Below are positions 9,925-20,883 of a DNA stretch of 64,000 bases, piece after piece. Each line of letters begins with the position of its first letter. Position 1 is the first letter of the stretch. A program made the translations under genes and the position numbers. Below the pieces are notes generated by a model, which saw nothing but the letters and a program-made list of their open reading frames with translations, did no database searches and was not told the origin of the DNA. The stretch comes from an uncultured Acidimicrobiia bacterium (GTDB taxonomy: Bacteria; Actinomycetota; Acidimicrobiia; Acidimicrobiales; AC-14): positions 120,992-184,991 of the forward strand of contig CAWIIV010000020.1 of NCBI GenBank assembly GCA_963836205.1, read 5' to 3'.

Positions 9925-11466
9925 GTGACACCCGCCGTGGAGATCTACCAGCTTGAGCAGGTCTTCAAGTTGTCGGGCGTGCCGGATCTCACCTTCGTCG
10001 AGCCGGTCGAGTTCACTCGTCTCGTTGTGGCGCTCCGGACACCTGGCCGGGGCGTCGTCATCGAAGGACCATCGGGCATCGGCAAGACAAGCGCCGTCAC
10101 GAAAGCGCTCGACAGGATCAGTCCCAACTCCGAACAATTGGCACTCCGTCTCTCGGCGCGAAAGCTCGACGACCGCGAGTTGATCGCCGAGCTCCCAGGC
10201 ATGGGCGCCGCGGGTCTAGTCGTTATCGATGACTTCCACCGACTGGACTCAGCGGTCAGACTCTCAATTGCCGACCACTTGAAGGTTCTTGCGGACGAGG
10301 AACGCACCGACACGAAGATCGTCGTGATCGGAATCAACCAAGCTGGTGAATCGCTTCTTTCGTTCGCTCCGGATCTTAGCGGCCGTATCGAGGTAATCAA
10401 GTTCGGAGTTAACCCTGATGACCGAGTGGAACAACTAGTCGAGCTGGGCAGCAAAGCGCTTAATATCGAGATTCCGATCGGACACGAAATAGTGCGGGCC
10501 GCTGATGGCAGCTTCAACATTGCCCAAATGCTCTGCCACGACGCGTGCTTGACTGCCGATATAACCGCGACTATGTCCGAAGGCGTTTCCTTGGGCGTCT
10601 CGTACGAATTGGTGAAGGAACGCGTTCTAGACCGTCTCGCGGGATCCTTCTACAAGCGAGCCGAGGTCTTTGCGAAGGGAAAGAAGCTCAGGAGGGAAGG
10701 TCGTGCGCCATATCTCCAAATCCTTCGTTGGTTGGCAATGAGCGATGAGTGGACCATCGACCTCGACCGGGAGATATCAAAGAACCCAACGCTGCGCGGC
10801 AGTGTCAGCCAAGTGGTCGAGAAGGGTCACCTCGCGAACCATCTTGACGAACACGCGAATCTGCTTGCCGACTTACTCCACTACGACACTGGTGCCCGAG
10901 TACTCGCCGTCGAAGATCCGAAGTTCTTTTTCTTCATCAAGAATCTTGCTTGGAACAGGTTCGCCGAGCGTATTGGCTACTTTGACGTGTCGTTCTCGTC
11001 TCGCTATGACTTCGCCCTGTCCTTCTCGGGAAGTGATCGCGATATTGCCCAAGCCCTATTCGACGCTCTGTCCGAGCTTGAGTACGAGGTCTTCTACGAC
11101 AAAAACGAGCAGGACCGAATACTCGCGGAGAACGTCGAGGAGTACCTGGCGCCGATATATAAGAGCGAGGCGAGCTACGTGATTGCAATCCTGGGACCTG
11201 ATTATCCGAAACGCATTTGGACGAAATTCGAGTCCGAGCAGTTTAAGAAGCGTTTCGGTGAACATGCCGTTATTCCGGTCTGGTTCGCGGGACAGGACTA
11301 TGCCGTGTTTGACATTTCGCGCGAGGTCGGAGGGGAGACTATCGATCGTGGCGAGCCCATCGAAACGCAGATCGAGGCGATCGCTGAGCGGCTCGCGAAA
11401 AAGCTTCGAGCGCACCGCATTGCGGGCGACGAGGGTCTGGACGCCGAGCCGGTAGTCTTGTCTTGA
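9925..11466 (+). CDS. P-loop (STAND-like) NTPase with C-terminal TIR domain; candidate defence protein (start possibly GTG 9937)
   Basis: Walker A GPSGIGKT, Walker B VVIDDFH; TIR YDFALSFSGSDR...VFYD...WTKFE; visibly more A/T-rich than flanks. Confidence 0.85.
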   Translation: MTPAVEIYQLEQVFKLSGVPDLTFVEPVEFTRLVVALRTPGRGVVIEGPSGIGKTSAVTKALDRISPNSEQLALRLSARKLDDRELIAELPGMGAAGLVVIDDFHRLDSAVRLSIADHLKVLADEERTDTKIVVIGINQAGESLLSFAPDLSGRIEVIKFGVNPDDRVEQLVELGSKALNIEIPIGHEIVRAADGSFNIAQMLCHDACLTADITATMSEGVSLGVSYELVKERVLDRLAGSFYKRAEVFAKGKKLRREGRAPYLQILRWLAMSDEWTIDLDREISKNPTLRGSVSQVVEKGHLANHLDEHANLLADLLHYDTGARVLAVEDPKFFFFIKNLAWNRFAERIGYFDVSFSSRYDFALSFSGSDRDIAQALFDALSELEYEVFYDKNEQDRILAENVEEYLAPIYKSEASYVIAILGPDYPKRIWTKFESEQFKKRFGEHAVIPVWFAGQDYAVFDISREVGGETIDRGEPIETQIEAIAERLAKKLRAHRIAGDEGLDAEPVVLS

Positions 11467-11770
11467 GAAGAAGCGGAACTCGTCACTGACTCCGAGAAGC
11501 GGCGACGGGTGTCCTGATAAACGTGTGATCACGTGTTCCTTCGTAGACCGCGCATCGACACGATTGGCCCAGACAATGAGAAGGCGCCCCATTGCAAAGA
11601 GGATCCGCTTGGGGGGCGGCGAGGCTCGCCGATTTGCGCTCGGCGGTTGCCGCCACGGACCTCGTCGATTGGGGCCGAGATCGGCACAAGCGGCGCTCAA
11701 ACCTCACACCCAAAATGCCTTGCTGCTGATACTGGCGTATTCCACTGGCCCACATTTTCACCCCATCGAC

Positions 11771-11799
11771 TTGACAACCGAACACATGTTCGATAACAT
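11771..11799 (+). promoter_or_regulatory. Housekeeping-type promoter with a LexA (SOS) box in the spacer
   Basis: TTGACA-17 bp-TAACAT; CGAAC-ACAT-GTTCG at 11779-11792; ATG 6 nt after the -10 (leaderless). Confidence 0.8.
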
Positions 11800-11805
11800 G
11801 AGGGT

Positions 11806-12978
11806 ATGTGGGAAGGGCGGACAGGGGGTCGGCTGGCAGAGGTTGTGACGATGCTGCGCGAGATGGTGTCGGGCTTCGAGCCGGCAGCGCTCGACGGGCC
11901 GGCGGCGGTGGAGGCGTTGGGGCTGTTCGGCGAGGTCGAGCGGCTGGGGGCGGCGGGGGTGGCGCTGGCCGGGGGGCGGGTGGAGGCGACCCGGGCCTGG
12001 CAGGGCTCGGGGACGCGTTCGGCGGCGCATTTCGTGGCCTCCCGCTGGGGGTCGTCGCTGCGCTCGGCGGTGGTGGCGTTGGAGACGGCCCGCCGTCTGG
12101 AGTCGCTGCCGGCGACGGAGGAGGCCCTTCGTTCGGGGAGGCTGTCCCTGGCCCAGGCGAACGAGGTCGCCTCGGTGGCCGGGGATCGGCCCGAGCGCGA
12201 GGCCGAGCTGGTGGCGGCGGCCGGTTCGGAAACCCTGCCGGCGTTGCAGGAGCGGTGCCGGGCGGTGCGGGCCGAGGGATCGGCCGCCTCCGAGGGCTAC
12301 CGACGAATCCATCAGCACCGCTACCTGCGGCACTGGAGCGACGAGGAGGGGGCGTTTCGCCTGGAAGCCCGGCTCTGTCCCGACGCGGGGGCCAAGCTGC
12401 TGGCCGCGCTGGGGGCCCACCAGCGACGGATCTTCGCCACCGCCCGGGGCGAGGGCCGGCGGGAGCCCTACGAGGCCTACGCGGCCGACGTCCTGGTGGC
12501 GATGGCCTGCGGTGGTGGAGGCGGGGCGAAGGGACCGGTACCGGTCGTCCACGTCCGGGTCGATCACGCGGCCCTGGTCCGGGGACGGGTCGAGGAGGGC
12601 GAGGTGTGCGACATCCCGGGGGTGGGGCCGATCCCGGTGGCCAGCGCCCGGGCCCTGGCCACCGACGGCATCCTCAAGGTGCTGGTGACCAAGGGCGTCG
12701 ACGTGGTGGCGGTGGCCCACGGGGGACGGACCGTCCCCGCCCACGTGCGCTCGGCCCTGGAGACGAGAGATCCGAAGTGCGTGGTCCCCGGCTGCGACGT
12801 ACGCCAGCGCCTGGAGATCGACCACCTCGTCTCCTTCGCCCAGGGCGGTCCCACCACGCTGGAGAACCTGGCCCGGCTCTGCCACCGCCACCACGCCCTC
12901 AAGACCCACCAGGGCTGGGTCCTGGGTGGCCGCCCCGGAGCATGGACATGGGACCCACCACCGGAGATGCCACCGTGA
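11806..12978 (+). CDS. DUF222/HNH endonuclease (13E12-repeat-like)
   Basis: RDPKCVVPGC...LEIDHLVSFAQGGPTTLENLARLCHRHHALKT. Confidence 0.9.
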   Translation: MWEGRTGGRLAEVVTMLREMVSGFEPAALDGPAAVEALGLFGEVERLGAAGVALAGGRVEATRAWQGSGTRSAAHFVASRWGSSLRSAVVALETARRLESLPATEEALRSGRLSLAQANEVASVAGDRPEREAELVAAAGSETLPALQERCRAVRAEGSAASEGYRRIHQHRYLRHWSDEEGAFRLEARLCPDAGAKLLAALGAHQRRIFATARGEGRREPYEAYAADVLVAMACGGGGGAKGPVPVVHVRVDHAALVRGRVEEGEVCDIPGVGPIPVASARALATDGILKVLVTKGVDVVAVAHGGRTVPAHVRSALETRDPKCVVPGCDVRQRLEIDHLVSFAQGGPTTLENLARLCHRHHALKTHQGWVLGGRPGAWTWDPPPEMPP

Positions 12979-13265
12979 GGTGCGGGGTGAGGGCTGGCCG
13001 GAACGCCCGCCGACACGCGGCGTCATGCCTGGGCCGACGCGCGAAGTCTTGAGCCCGCGCACAGGGGCCGCGGCCCCTGGGGTTTGGCGGGCCGCGGTCG
13101 CCCCCCGGCGGCGCCGGCTCGTCGGACCGGGCCGGATGGAGCGGCCGGTCGAGTCGCGAAACCGACCTCGCGCGGAATCGGCCGGCGAAACCACCAATCG
13201 GGGGGTGGGCGGCGTTGGAGTTGGCGTGGTTGGGCATGCTGCATCCACGAGGCCGGTGTCGGCCG

Positions 13266-13574
13266 ATGTCGGAGGAGGAGGTTCGGGTGACGGAGGATGG
13301 AGACCTGTCGAGCAAGGTGAAGGGGCTGGTGGCGAAGGCCAAGAACGCCATCAGCGGGGGCGACGACGACGGGGGCACGGGGAGCGGCGATTCGGCCGGG
13401 CCGGTGGCGAAGGTGAAGGCGGCATTGTCGAAGGCCACCGAGGCGGTCACCGGGCTGGTCAAGAAGGACGACGACGGCGCCGGCGCGACCGACGCCCACG
13501 AGGAGCCCACCGAGAACGCCCTCAAGATGAAGGCGGCGGTGAAGGAGGCCCGCAAGGCCAAGGACGACGACTGA
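13266..13574 (+). CDS. Small hydrophilic Lys/Asp/Ala-rich protein
   Basis: MSEEEVRVTEDGDLSSKVKGLVAKAK...; good coding bias. Confidence 0.6.
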   Translation: MSEEEVRVTEDGDLSSKVKGLVAKAKNAISGGDDDGGTGSGDSAGPVAKVKAALSKATEAVTGLVKKDDDGAGATDAHEEPTENALKMKAAVKEARKAKDDD

Positions 13575-13613
13575 CCCCACCGCCGACCGACCGGCGCGGG
13601 CATCATTGAGGCC

Positions 13614-14400
13614 ATGACGCTCACAGTGGGACACGGCCCGTTCGGGCAACATCCGGCCGGGATCTTCAACTTCGAGCCGCCGGAGCACGTCACGTTCGTC
13701 GAGCCCGTGCCCCGGCGGAATCCGGGGCCACAAGGACGGCGTCACCCTCGTCAACAGCGAGCGGGCCATGCTCGTCCACCAGAGTCGCCGACTTCCCTAC
13801 TACGCCTTCCCCCGGGAGGACGTCTCCATCGGTGGCGCGCCCGAGCCCCTGGTGGAGGGCTACGTCACGGTCCCGTGGGGCGATGTCGACGAGTGGTTCG
13901 AGGAGGACGAGAAGGTCAGCGTCCACCCCCGCGACCCCTACCACCGCATCGACACCTTCACCACGTCCCGGCAGGTGAGGGTGTCGCTCGACGGGCACGT
14001 CCTGGCCGAGTCCACCGGCGCCAAGGCCCTGTTCGAGACCGGCCTCCCCGTCCGCTACTACCTGCCGTTCCGCGACGTGCGGCTCGAACACCTGGTGGCC
14101 AGCGACACCGTCACCCAGTGCGCCTACAAGGGCACCGCCATCCACTGGTCGGCCCGGTTCGGCGACCCGACCCACTCCAGCCCCGCCCATCTCGACCCTG
14201 CCCATGTCGACCCTGCCCATGTCGACCCTGCCCATGTCGACATCGCCTGGACCTACGAGGGCGACGACGTCCAGCGGGATGCAGAGGCGGTGCGGGGCCG
14301 CATCTGCTTCTACAACGAGCGCACCGACGTCGAGGTCGACGGCCTCAGCCAGGCCCAGCCCCAGACCCCGTGGTCACGGAGCGCCATCGAGGAGCTCTAG
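13614..14400 (+). CDS. Tandem DUF427 domain protein; frameshift near 13719
   Basis: HPRDPYHRID, LFETGLPVRYY, TQCAYKG, ICFYNE; one extra base splits the N-terminus. Confidence 0.85.
14184..14241 (+). repeat. 15-bp in-frame tandem repeat (DPAHV)
   Basis: GACCCTGCCCATGTC x3 plus a partial copy. Confidence 0.9.
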
Positions 14401-14410
14401 GGCCCAGTCG

Positions 14411-15430
14411 TCAGGGCTGCGACTCCGAGACGTCGCCCGTCTGGCCGAGCAGCCAGCTGCACCATTCCTCGAGGCCCTCACCAGTGCGGGCCGACGCCCG
14501 GATGACCCGGGCGGTCGGGTTCACCGCGTGCAGGTTGGCGAGGAACGTGTCGAGGTCGAAGTCGAGGTACGGGAGGAGGTCGATCTTGTTGACCACCACC
14601 ACGTCGGCCGCCCGGAACATCACCGGGTACTTGAGCGGCTTCTCCTCGCCCTCGGTGACGGCGTACACCATCGCCACCGCGTGCTCCCCCACCTTGAACT
14701 CGGCCGGGCACACCAGGTTGCCGACGTTCTCGATCACCAGCAGGTCGATGTCGTCGAGGGGCAGCCGGCGCAGGCCGGAGCGCACCATCACCGCGTCGAG
14801 GTGGCACTCGCCGCCGAAGCCCTTGCTCGTGTTGACCAGGGCGATCTCGGCCCCGTAGCCCTCGAGCTGGTCGGCGTCGATGCTGGTGGCGATGTCGCCC
14901 TCGAGGATGCCGATCCGCACCGTCGGGCTCAAGGCGGCCAGGGTCTTCTTCAACAGCGACGTCTTGCCCGCGCCCGGCGACGACATGAGGTTGACCGCCC
15001 GCACACCCGCCTTGGCCAGCGCCTGCCCGTTCTCGGCCGCCACCCGGTCGTTCTCGCCCAGGATGTCCTCCAGCACCGCCACCCGCGACCGGCCCGTCTC
15101 CGCGTAGCCGCTGTGATCACCGACGTCCCGGTGCTCGCGCGAGTGCCCGTCGGTGTGATCGTGGTCGTGCCCGCCACCGTCGTGGGGATGGTCGTGCCCG
15201 TCGTGGTCGTGCCCGTCGTGGTCGTGCCCGTCGTGGTCGTGCCCGTCGTGGTCGTGCCCGTCGTGGTCGTGCCCGTCGTGGTCGTGCCCGTCGTGGTCGT
15301 GCCCGTCGTGGTCGTGCCCGTCGTGGTCGTGCCTGTCGTGGTCGAGCATAGGGTCGAAGGACCCCAGGGGCGCGTCCTCGTGGTCGTGGTCGTGGGTGGT
15401 GCCGTCCGAATGGCGGTGGAACCGGCCCAT
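14411..15430 (-). CDS. hypB: Nickel-insertion GTPase HypB with His/Asp-rich N-terminus
   Basis: SSPGAGKT, ECHLDA, ENVGNLVCPAEF, EKPLKYP, NKID. Confidence 0.95.
   Translation of the reverse strand: MGRFHRHSDGTTHDHDHEDAPLGSFDPMLDHDRHDHDGHDHDGHDHDGHDHDGHDHDGHDHDGHDHDGHDHDGHDHDGHDHPHDGGGHDHDHTDGHSREHRDVGDHSGYAETGRSRVAVLEDILGENDRVAAENGQALAKAGVRAVNLMSSPGAGKTSLLKKTLAALSPTVRIGILEGDIATSIDADQLEGYGAEIALVNTSKGFGGECHLDAVMVRSGLRRLPLDDIDLLVIENVGNLVCPAEFKVGEHAVAMVYAVTEGEEKPLKYPVMFRAADVVVVNKIDLLPYLDFDLDTFLANLHAVNPTARVIRASARTGEGLEEWCSWLLGQTGDVSESQP
15194..15343 (-). repeat. 15-bp tandem repeat encoding (HDHDG)n
   Basis: GTGCCCGTCGTGGTC, 9 perfect copies plus 1 variant. Confidence 0.95.
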
Positions 15431-15768
15431 CAGTCCTCCTCGACGTCGAAGGAGTCGATCCGGAACTCCTCACCGCTGATCATGGTGACCTTGTCGCTGC
15501 CGCACGCCTCGCAGAGGAGGATCGGCATCTCCAGGGTGGTCTCGGCCCCGCACTTCTCGCACTCGATGACCGCCGGCACCTGCTCGATGACGAGCTTGCT
15601 CCCACCCAGGTTGGTGCCCTCGGTGAGCATCTCCCAGCAGAACGAGAGGGCGTCGGGGACGACCTGGCGGAAATGCCCGACCCGGATGGAGACGCTCGTG
15701 ACGGTGCCGCCGTCGGCCAGCTTGGCGACGGAGGACGCGATCGCCTCACACAACGCCATCTCGTGCAC
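15430..15768 (-). CDS. hypA: Nickel metallochaperone HypA
   Basis: MHE N-terminus (GTG start); CEKC and CEACGS. Confidence 0.95.
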   Translation of the reverse strand: MHEMALCEAIASSVAKLADGGTVTSVSIRVGHFRQVVPDALSFCWEMLTEGTNLGGSKLVIEQVPAVIECEKCGAETTLEMPILLCEACGSDKVTMISGEEFRIDSFDVEED

Positions 15769-15845
15769 GAAGCCACCCTCCCTCACCGTTGCGACCCTAC
15801 CGACACCTTTGGCCTACCGACACCTTGGACGGTACCGCGACCCGA

Positions 15846-16596
15846 TCACCGTTCCGGGCGGGCCACCTCGAACCACACCGCCTTGCCGGCCCGGTTGGTG
15901 GTGACGCCCCAGGCGGTGGCCATCGACTCCACCATCGAGATCCCCCGGCCGGAGCTGTCGTCGGCCGACTGCTCGCGACGCCGGATCCCGTCCGGCGACT
16001 GTCGGCCACCTCGATGCGCACCCGGTCGGGGAGGAGCTGCACCGACACGTCGACGTCGGACCGGGCGTGGATGACGGCGTTGGTCACCAGCTCGCTCACC
16101 AGCAGCTCGACCGTGCCGAGGAGCTCGTCGCAGTCCCAGCGGCGGAGGGTCTCGTCGACGAAGCGGCGGGCCTGGCCGGCACTGGGCGCCTCCGGGGCCA
16201 GCCGGGCGGAGGCGGCGTCGACGGTGCGCCGGACGACGCCGATCATGCCCGCCACCAGCAGGATCTCGTCGCCGAGGCGGCTGGGGGGTACCGCCTTGGA
16301 CAGGTGGCCGACGACCCGCCCGCTTCCCCTCCCACCGGTCCGACCTCCCGGTCGGCGAAGCCCACGACGGCGGCGTCGGGCGCAGCCTGGTGCACGGACC
16401 CGACGACCGCCCCACCCTCGGCCCCCGCCAGCAGCAGGTCGACCAGCACCAGGTCGGGCCGGAGCCGCCCGGCCGCGTCCGCCGCCTCCTCGGCGATGCC
16501 GACCTCGCCCACCAGCTCGACCTCCGACCGGCCGGACAGGGCCAGGGACACCAACAGCCGGTAATCGGGGTCGTCGTCGACGACGAGCAGGCGCAC
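15846..16596 (-). CDS. Receiver domain fused to RsbW-like HATPase; two frameshifts
   Basis: RLLVVDDDPD...VLVD; SELVTNAVIH; SGRGISMV...GKAVWFE, spread over three frames. Confidence 0.7.
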
Positions 16597-16601
16597 GACC
16601 C

Positions 16602-18081
<1,480 letters not shown>

Positions 18082-18136
18082 CCCTACCTCCACTCCCCAA
18101 ACCCCTGGCTCGGACGTCGAGCCAAACTGCCCGCTC

Positions 18137-18164
18137 TTACCCCCCGCCCGCCACCGCCCAAACC
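18137..18164 (-). promoter_or_regulatory. SigF/SigB-type stress promoter candidate
   Basis: GGTTT-N17-GGGTAA upstream of the HAMP kinase ATG. Confidence 0.5.
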
Positions 18165-18171
18165 GCAGACC

Positions 18172-18225
18172 CCGAACTGGTGACGAAAGTGGGGGCTCTG
18201 GGCCCGGAAAGTGTCACCGGTTCGG
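18172..18225. repeat. 54-bp palindromic REP-like element, copy 1
   Basis: CCGAACTGGTGAC...GAAAGTGTCACCGGTTCGG. Confidence 0.8.
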
Positions 18226-18248
18226 TGGGGCGGGGAGGCCCGGCCGGC

Positions 18249-19256
18249 TCAGGCCGTCTTGCGTCCAGACCCGGCGGCGGCCTTCTTGGCCGGCGACTTC
18301 CTGTTCGGCGACCTCTTGGCGGCCGGCGACTTCTTGTCCGGCGTCTTCTTGGCGGCCGGCTTCTCGGCGGCCGGCTTCTTTCCGGCCGGACCGTCCTCCC
18401 CGTCCTCCTCCCCCGCCTCCTGGGCCAGCTTCTCGGCGGCCTTGGCCACCTCCTTCGGCAGCCTCGACCCGCCCCCCTTCCGGGCCGCAGCCAGGCTGGC
18501 TTCGAGGGCCTCCATGAGGTCGAGCACCTTGCCCTCGGTCGGGGCCGGCTCCTCGACGGTGACCTTCTTGCCCTTGGCCTTGGCCTCGATCAGGCCCTTG
18601 AGCTCCTCGGTGTAGGTGTCGTGATACCGCTTCGGGTCCCAGTCGGTGGTCAGCGACCCGATGATCTGCGACGCCAGCTTCAGCTCCTTGGCGTCCGGCT
18701 TGGGCCCCTTCCCCGGGAGGGCGTCGATGTCCGACTGGGGGACGACCTCGTCGGCGAAGCGCATGGTCGACATGGCCAGGGCCCCGTCGAGGGGACGGAT
18801 GGCGGCCAGGTACTGCTTGGTGCGCATCACGACCGAGCCGATGCCGGCCTTGTTCTCGCTCTCCATCGCCGCCAGGAGCAGCCGGTACGGACGCTCGGCG
18901 CCCTCGCCGGCCGGTGCCAGCCAGTACGTGCGCTCGTAGTAGATGGGGTCGATCTCCCCCAGGTCGACGAAGTCGGCCACGTCGATGGTCTTCGTCGTGC
19001 GCGGGCGCAGGTCCTGGATCTCCTCGGTGTCGACGACCACGTACTTCCCGGACGAGACCTCGTACCCCGACTCGATGTCGTCGCCACTGACCTCCTTGCC
19101 CGTCTTGTCGGAGACCTTCTGGTAGCGGATGCGGGCCCCGCTGCCCTTCTCCAGCTGGTTGAAGTGCACGTTGTGGTCGCGTACCGCGGCATAGGCCTTC
19201 ACCGGCACGCTGACCAGCCCAAAGCTGATGGAACCACTCCAGATCGCTCTCGCCAT
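18249..19256 (-). CDS. ku: NHEJ protein Ku
   Basis: [20 protein letters not shown]...[14 protein letters not shown]...[12 protein letters not shown]; basic C-terminal tail. Confidence 0.95.
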   Translation of the reverse strand: MARAIWSGSISFGLVSVPVKAYAAVRDHNVHFNQLEKGSGARIRYQKVSDKTGKEVSGDDIESGYEVSSGKYVVVDTEEIQDLRPRTTKTIDVADFVDLGEIDPIYYERTYWLAPAGEGAERPYRLLLAAMESENKAGIGSVVMRTKQYLAAIRPLDGALAMSTMRFADEVVPQSDIDALPGKGPKPDAKELKLASQIIGSLTTDWDPKRYHDTYTEELKGLIEAKAKGKKVTVEEPAPTEGKVLDLMEALEASLAAARKGGGSRLPKEVAKAAEKLAQEAGEEDGEDGPAGKKPAAEKPAAKKTPDKKSPAAKRSPNRKSPAKKAAAGSGRKTA

Positions 19257-19286
19257 AACCCGAGTGCTACCCGGGGGCCGCCCCAT

Positions 19287-19340
19287 CCGAACTGGTGACG
19301 GTTTTGGTCGTCCCGACGCCCGAAAGTGTCACCAGTTCGG
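19287..19340. repeat. 54-bp palindromic REP-like element, copy 2
   Basis: CCGAACTGGTGAC...GAAAGTGTCACCAGTTCGG. Confidence 0.8.
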
Positions 19341-19363
19341 GGTGGGCGGGGCGATCGGAAGGC

Positions 19364-19933
19364 CTACCGGGTGTCGACGGCGGCGGCCAGCTCCTTCTTG
19401 GTCATGGACGAGCGGCCGGCGATCTCCTGCTCCGAGGCCAGGGCCTTGAGCTCGTCGACGGTGAGCTTCTCCCGCTCCTCGACGGTGGGGAAGCCCATCT
19501 GCGCCCGGCGGGCGTCCATCTTCTGGCCCAGCCGCTCGCGGAAGTCGGCGTCGGTGGCCGAGCGGACCGACGGGAACAGCTCCTGCTCCTCCTCGTCGAT
19601 GTGGTGCTCGACGCTCTCGATGAGGACCATGCCCTTGGCCACCCACGCGTCGCCGCCGGGCGTGAGCGCCTTCATCTCCTCGACCAGGACGTCGGCCACG
19701 TGGTGCTCCTCGAGCCCCTCGTCGATGGTCTCGCCGATCTCCTCCGAAAGGTCGTGGGCCGCGGGGTAGAAGACCTCCTCCTCGATCGTCGTGTGGATCA
19801 CGAGGTCCTGGGCCAGGAGGTTGAACAGGCTCGACATCTCGGCCACGTTCTCGCTCTCGTGAGCCGACTGGAATCGGGCGAAGGTGCCCCGGAACCGGTT
19901 GTGGTCGGCAATCAGCAGGTCGAGGCAGTCCAT
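19364..19933 (-). CDS. Hemerythrin (HHE) protein with Rho-N-like C-terminal tail
   Basis: DH, HTTIEEEVFYP, EEHH, HHIDEEE; IAGRSSMTKKELAAAV. Confidence 0.85.
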   Translation of the reverse strand: MDCLDLLIADHNRFRGTFARFQSAHESENVAEMSSLFNLLAQDLVIHTTIEEEVFYPAAHDLSEEIGETIDEGLEEHHVADVLVEEMKALTPGGDAWVAKGMVLIESVEHHIDEEEQELFPSVRSATDADFRERLGQKMDARRAQMGFPTVEEREKLTVDELKALASEQEIAGRSSMTKKELAAAVDTR

Positions 19934-20022
19934 CGGGTCGCTCCTCTTTCGTCGGTCGGCGGGTTGTCACCGGGCGGGCTACCCAGAACCACCGGACAGC
20001 ATGCGACTAGCGTCACGGCCCG

Positions 20023-20883
20023 ATGTGGCATGACCGCACGGTCTCGGTCGTCCTGATGACCTACGCCGAGAAGGACTCGATCCGCGGCACCATCGAGGGC
20101 TTCTTCGCCACCGGCGTGGTCGACGAGGTGGTGGTCGTCGACAACAACGCCGAGCCCGGCACCCACGACGAGGTGGCGGCCACCGCCGCCCGGGAGGTGC
20201 ACGAACCCCGCCAGGGATACGGCTTCGCCACCCAGCGGGGACTGGCCGAGGCCGCCGGCGACCTCGTCGTCCTGTGCGAGCCCGACGGCACGTTCATGCC
20301 CGGCGACATCTTCAAGCTCCTCGTCTACAGCGACGACTGCGACGTGGTGTTCGGCACCCGCACCACCCGCGAGCTGCTCTGGCAGGGCGCCAACATGGGG
20401 TTCTTCCTCAAGTGGGGCAACTGGGGGCTGGCCAAGGTGATCGAGGTCCTGTTCAACACCAGCCACCTGAGCGACGTCGGCTGCACCTACCGCCTGCTGC
20501 GGCGGGAGGCGGTGGAACGGGTGCAGCACCGTTTCTCCGTCGGCTCCGAGCACTTCGGGCCCGAGCTGATGCTCCTCTGCCTCACGTCCGGGCTGCGGAC
20601 GGTGGAGGTGCCGGTGAACTACCTCCCCCGGGTGGGGGTCTCGTCGGTGACGGGAGACCTCGGCAAGGCCTTCCGCCTGGGCCTGCGCATGGGCATCCTC
20701 ATCCTCGGGTTCCGGGTGCGCACCCTGGGCCGCAAGCAGCGGGTGGACTGGAAGCGCCTCGACGACAACGCCGCCGACACCGCCGCCGCCGTCGCCACTG
20801 TCCCTGTCCCCCGTGACCACCCGGCGGCCCGCCCGCTCGACGGTCCCGACGACGACCTCCTGGAGGCCGGCTCCTCTGCGTGA
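20023..20883 (+). CDS. Glycosyltransferase family 2 (polyprenyl-phosphate sugar synthase-like)
   Basis: VVVVDNN, QGYG, EPDGTF, SDVGCTYR, EVPVNYLPRVG. Confidence 0.9.
   Translation: MWHDRTVSVVLMTYAEKDSIRGTIEGFFATGVVDEVVVVDNNAEPGTHDEVAATAAREVHEPRQGYGFATQRGLAEAAGDLVVLCEPDGTFMPGDIFKLLVYSDDCDVVFGTRTTRELLWQGANMGFFLKWGNWGLAKVIEVLFNTSHLSDVGCTYRLLRREAVERVQHRFSVGSEHFGPELMLLCLTSGLRTVEVPVNYLPRVGVSSVTGDLGKAFRLGLRMGILILGFRVRTLGRKQRVDWKRLDDNAADTAAAVATVPVPRDHPAARPLDGPDDDLLEAGSSA

Noticed and set aside
15194-15343. Repeat array as CRISPR
   Set aside because: No spacers and no cas genes; it is an in-frame coding repeat in hypB
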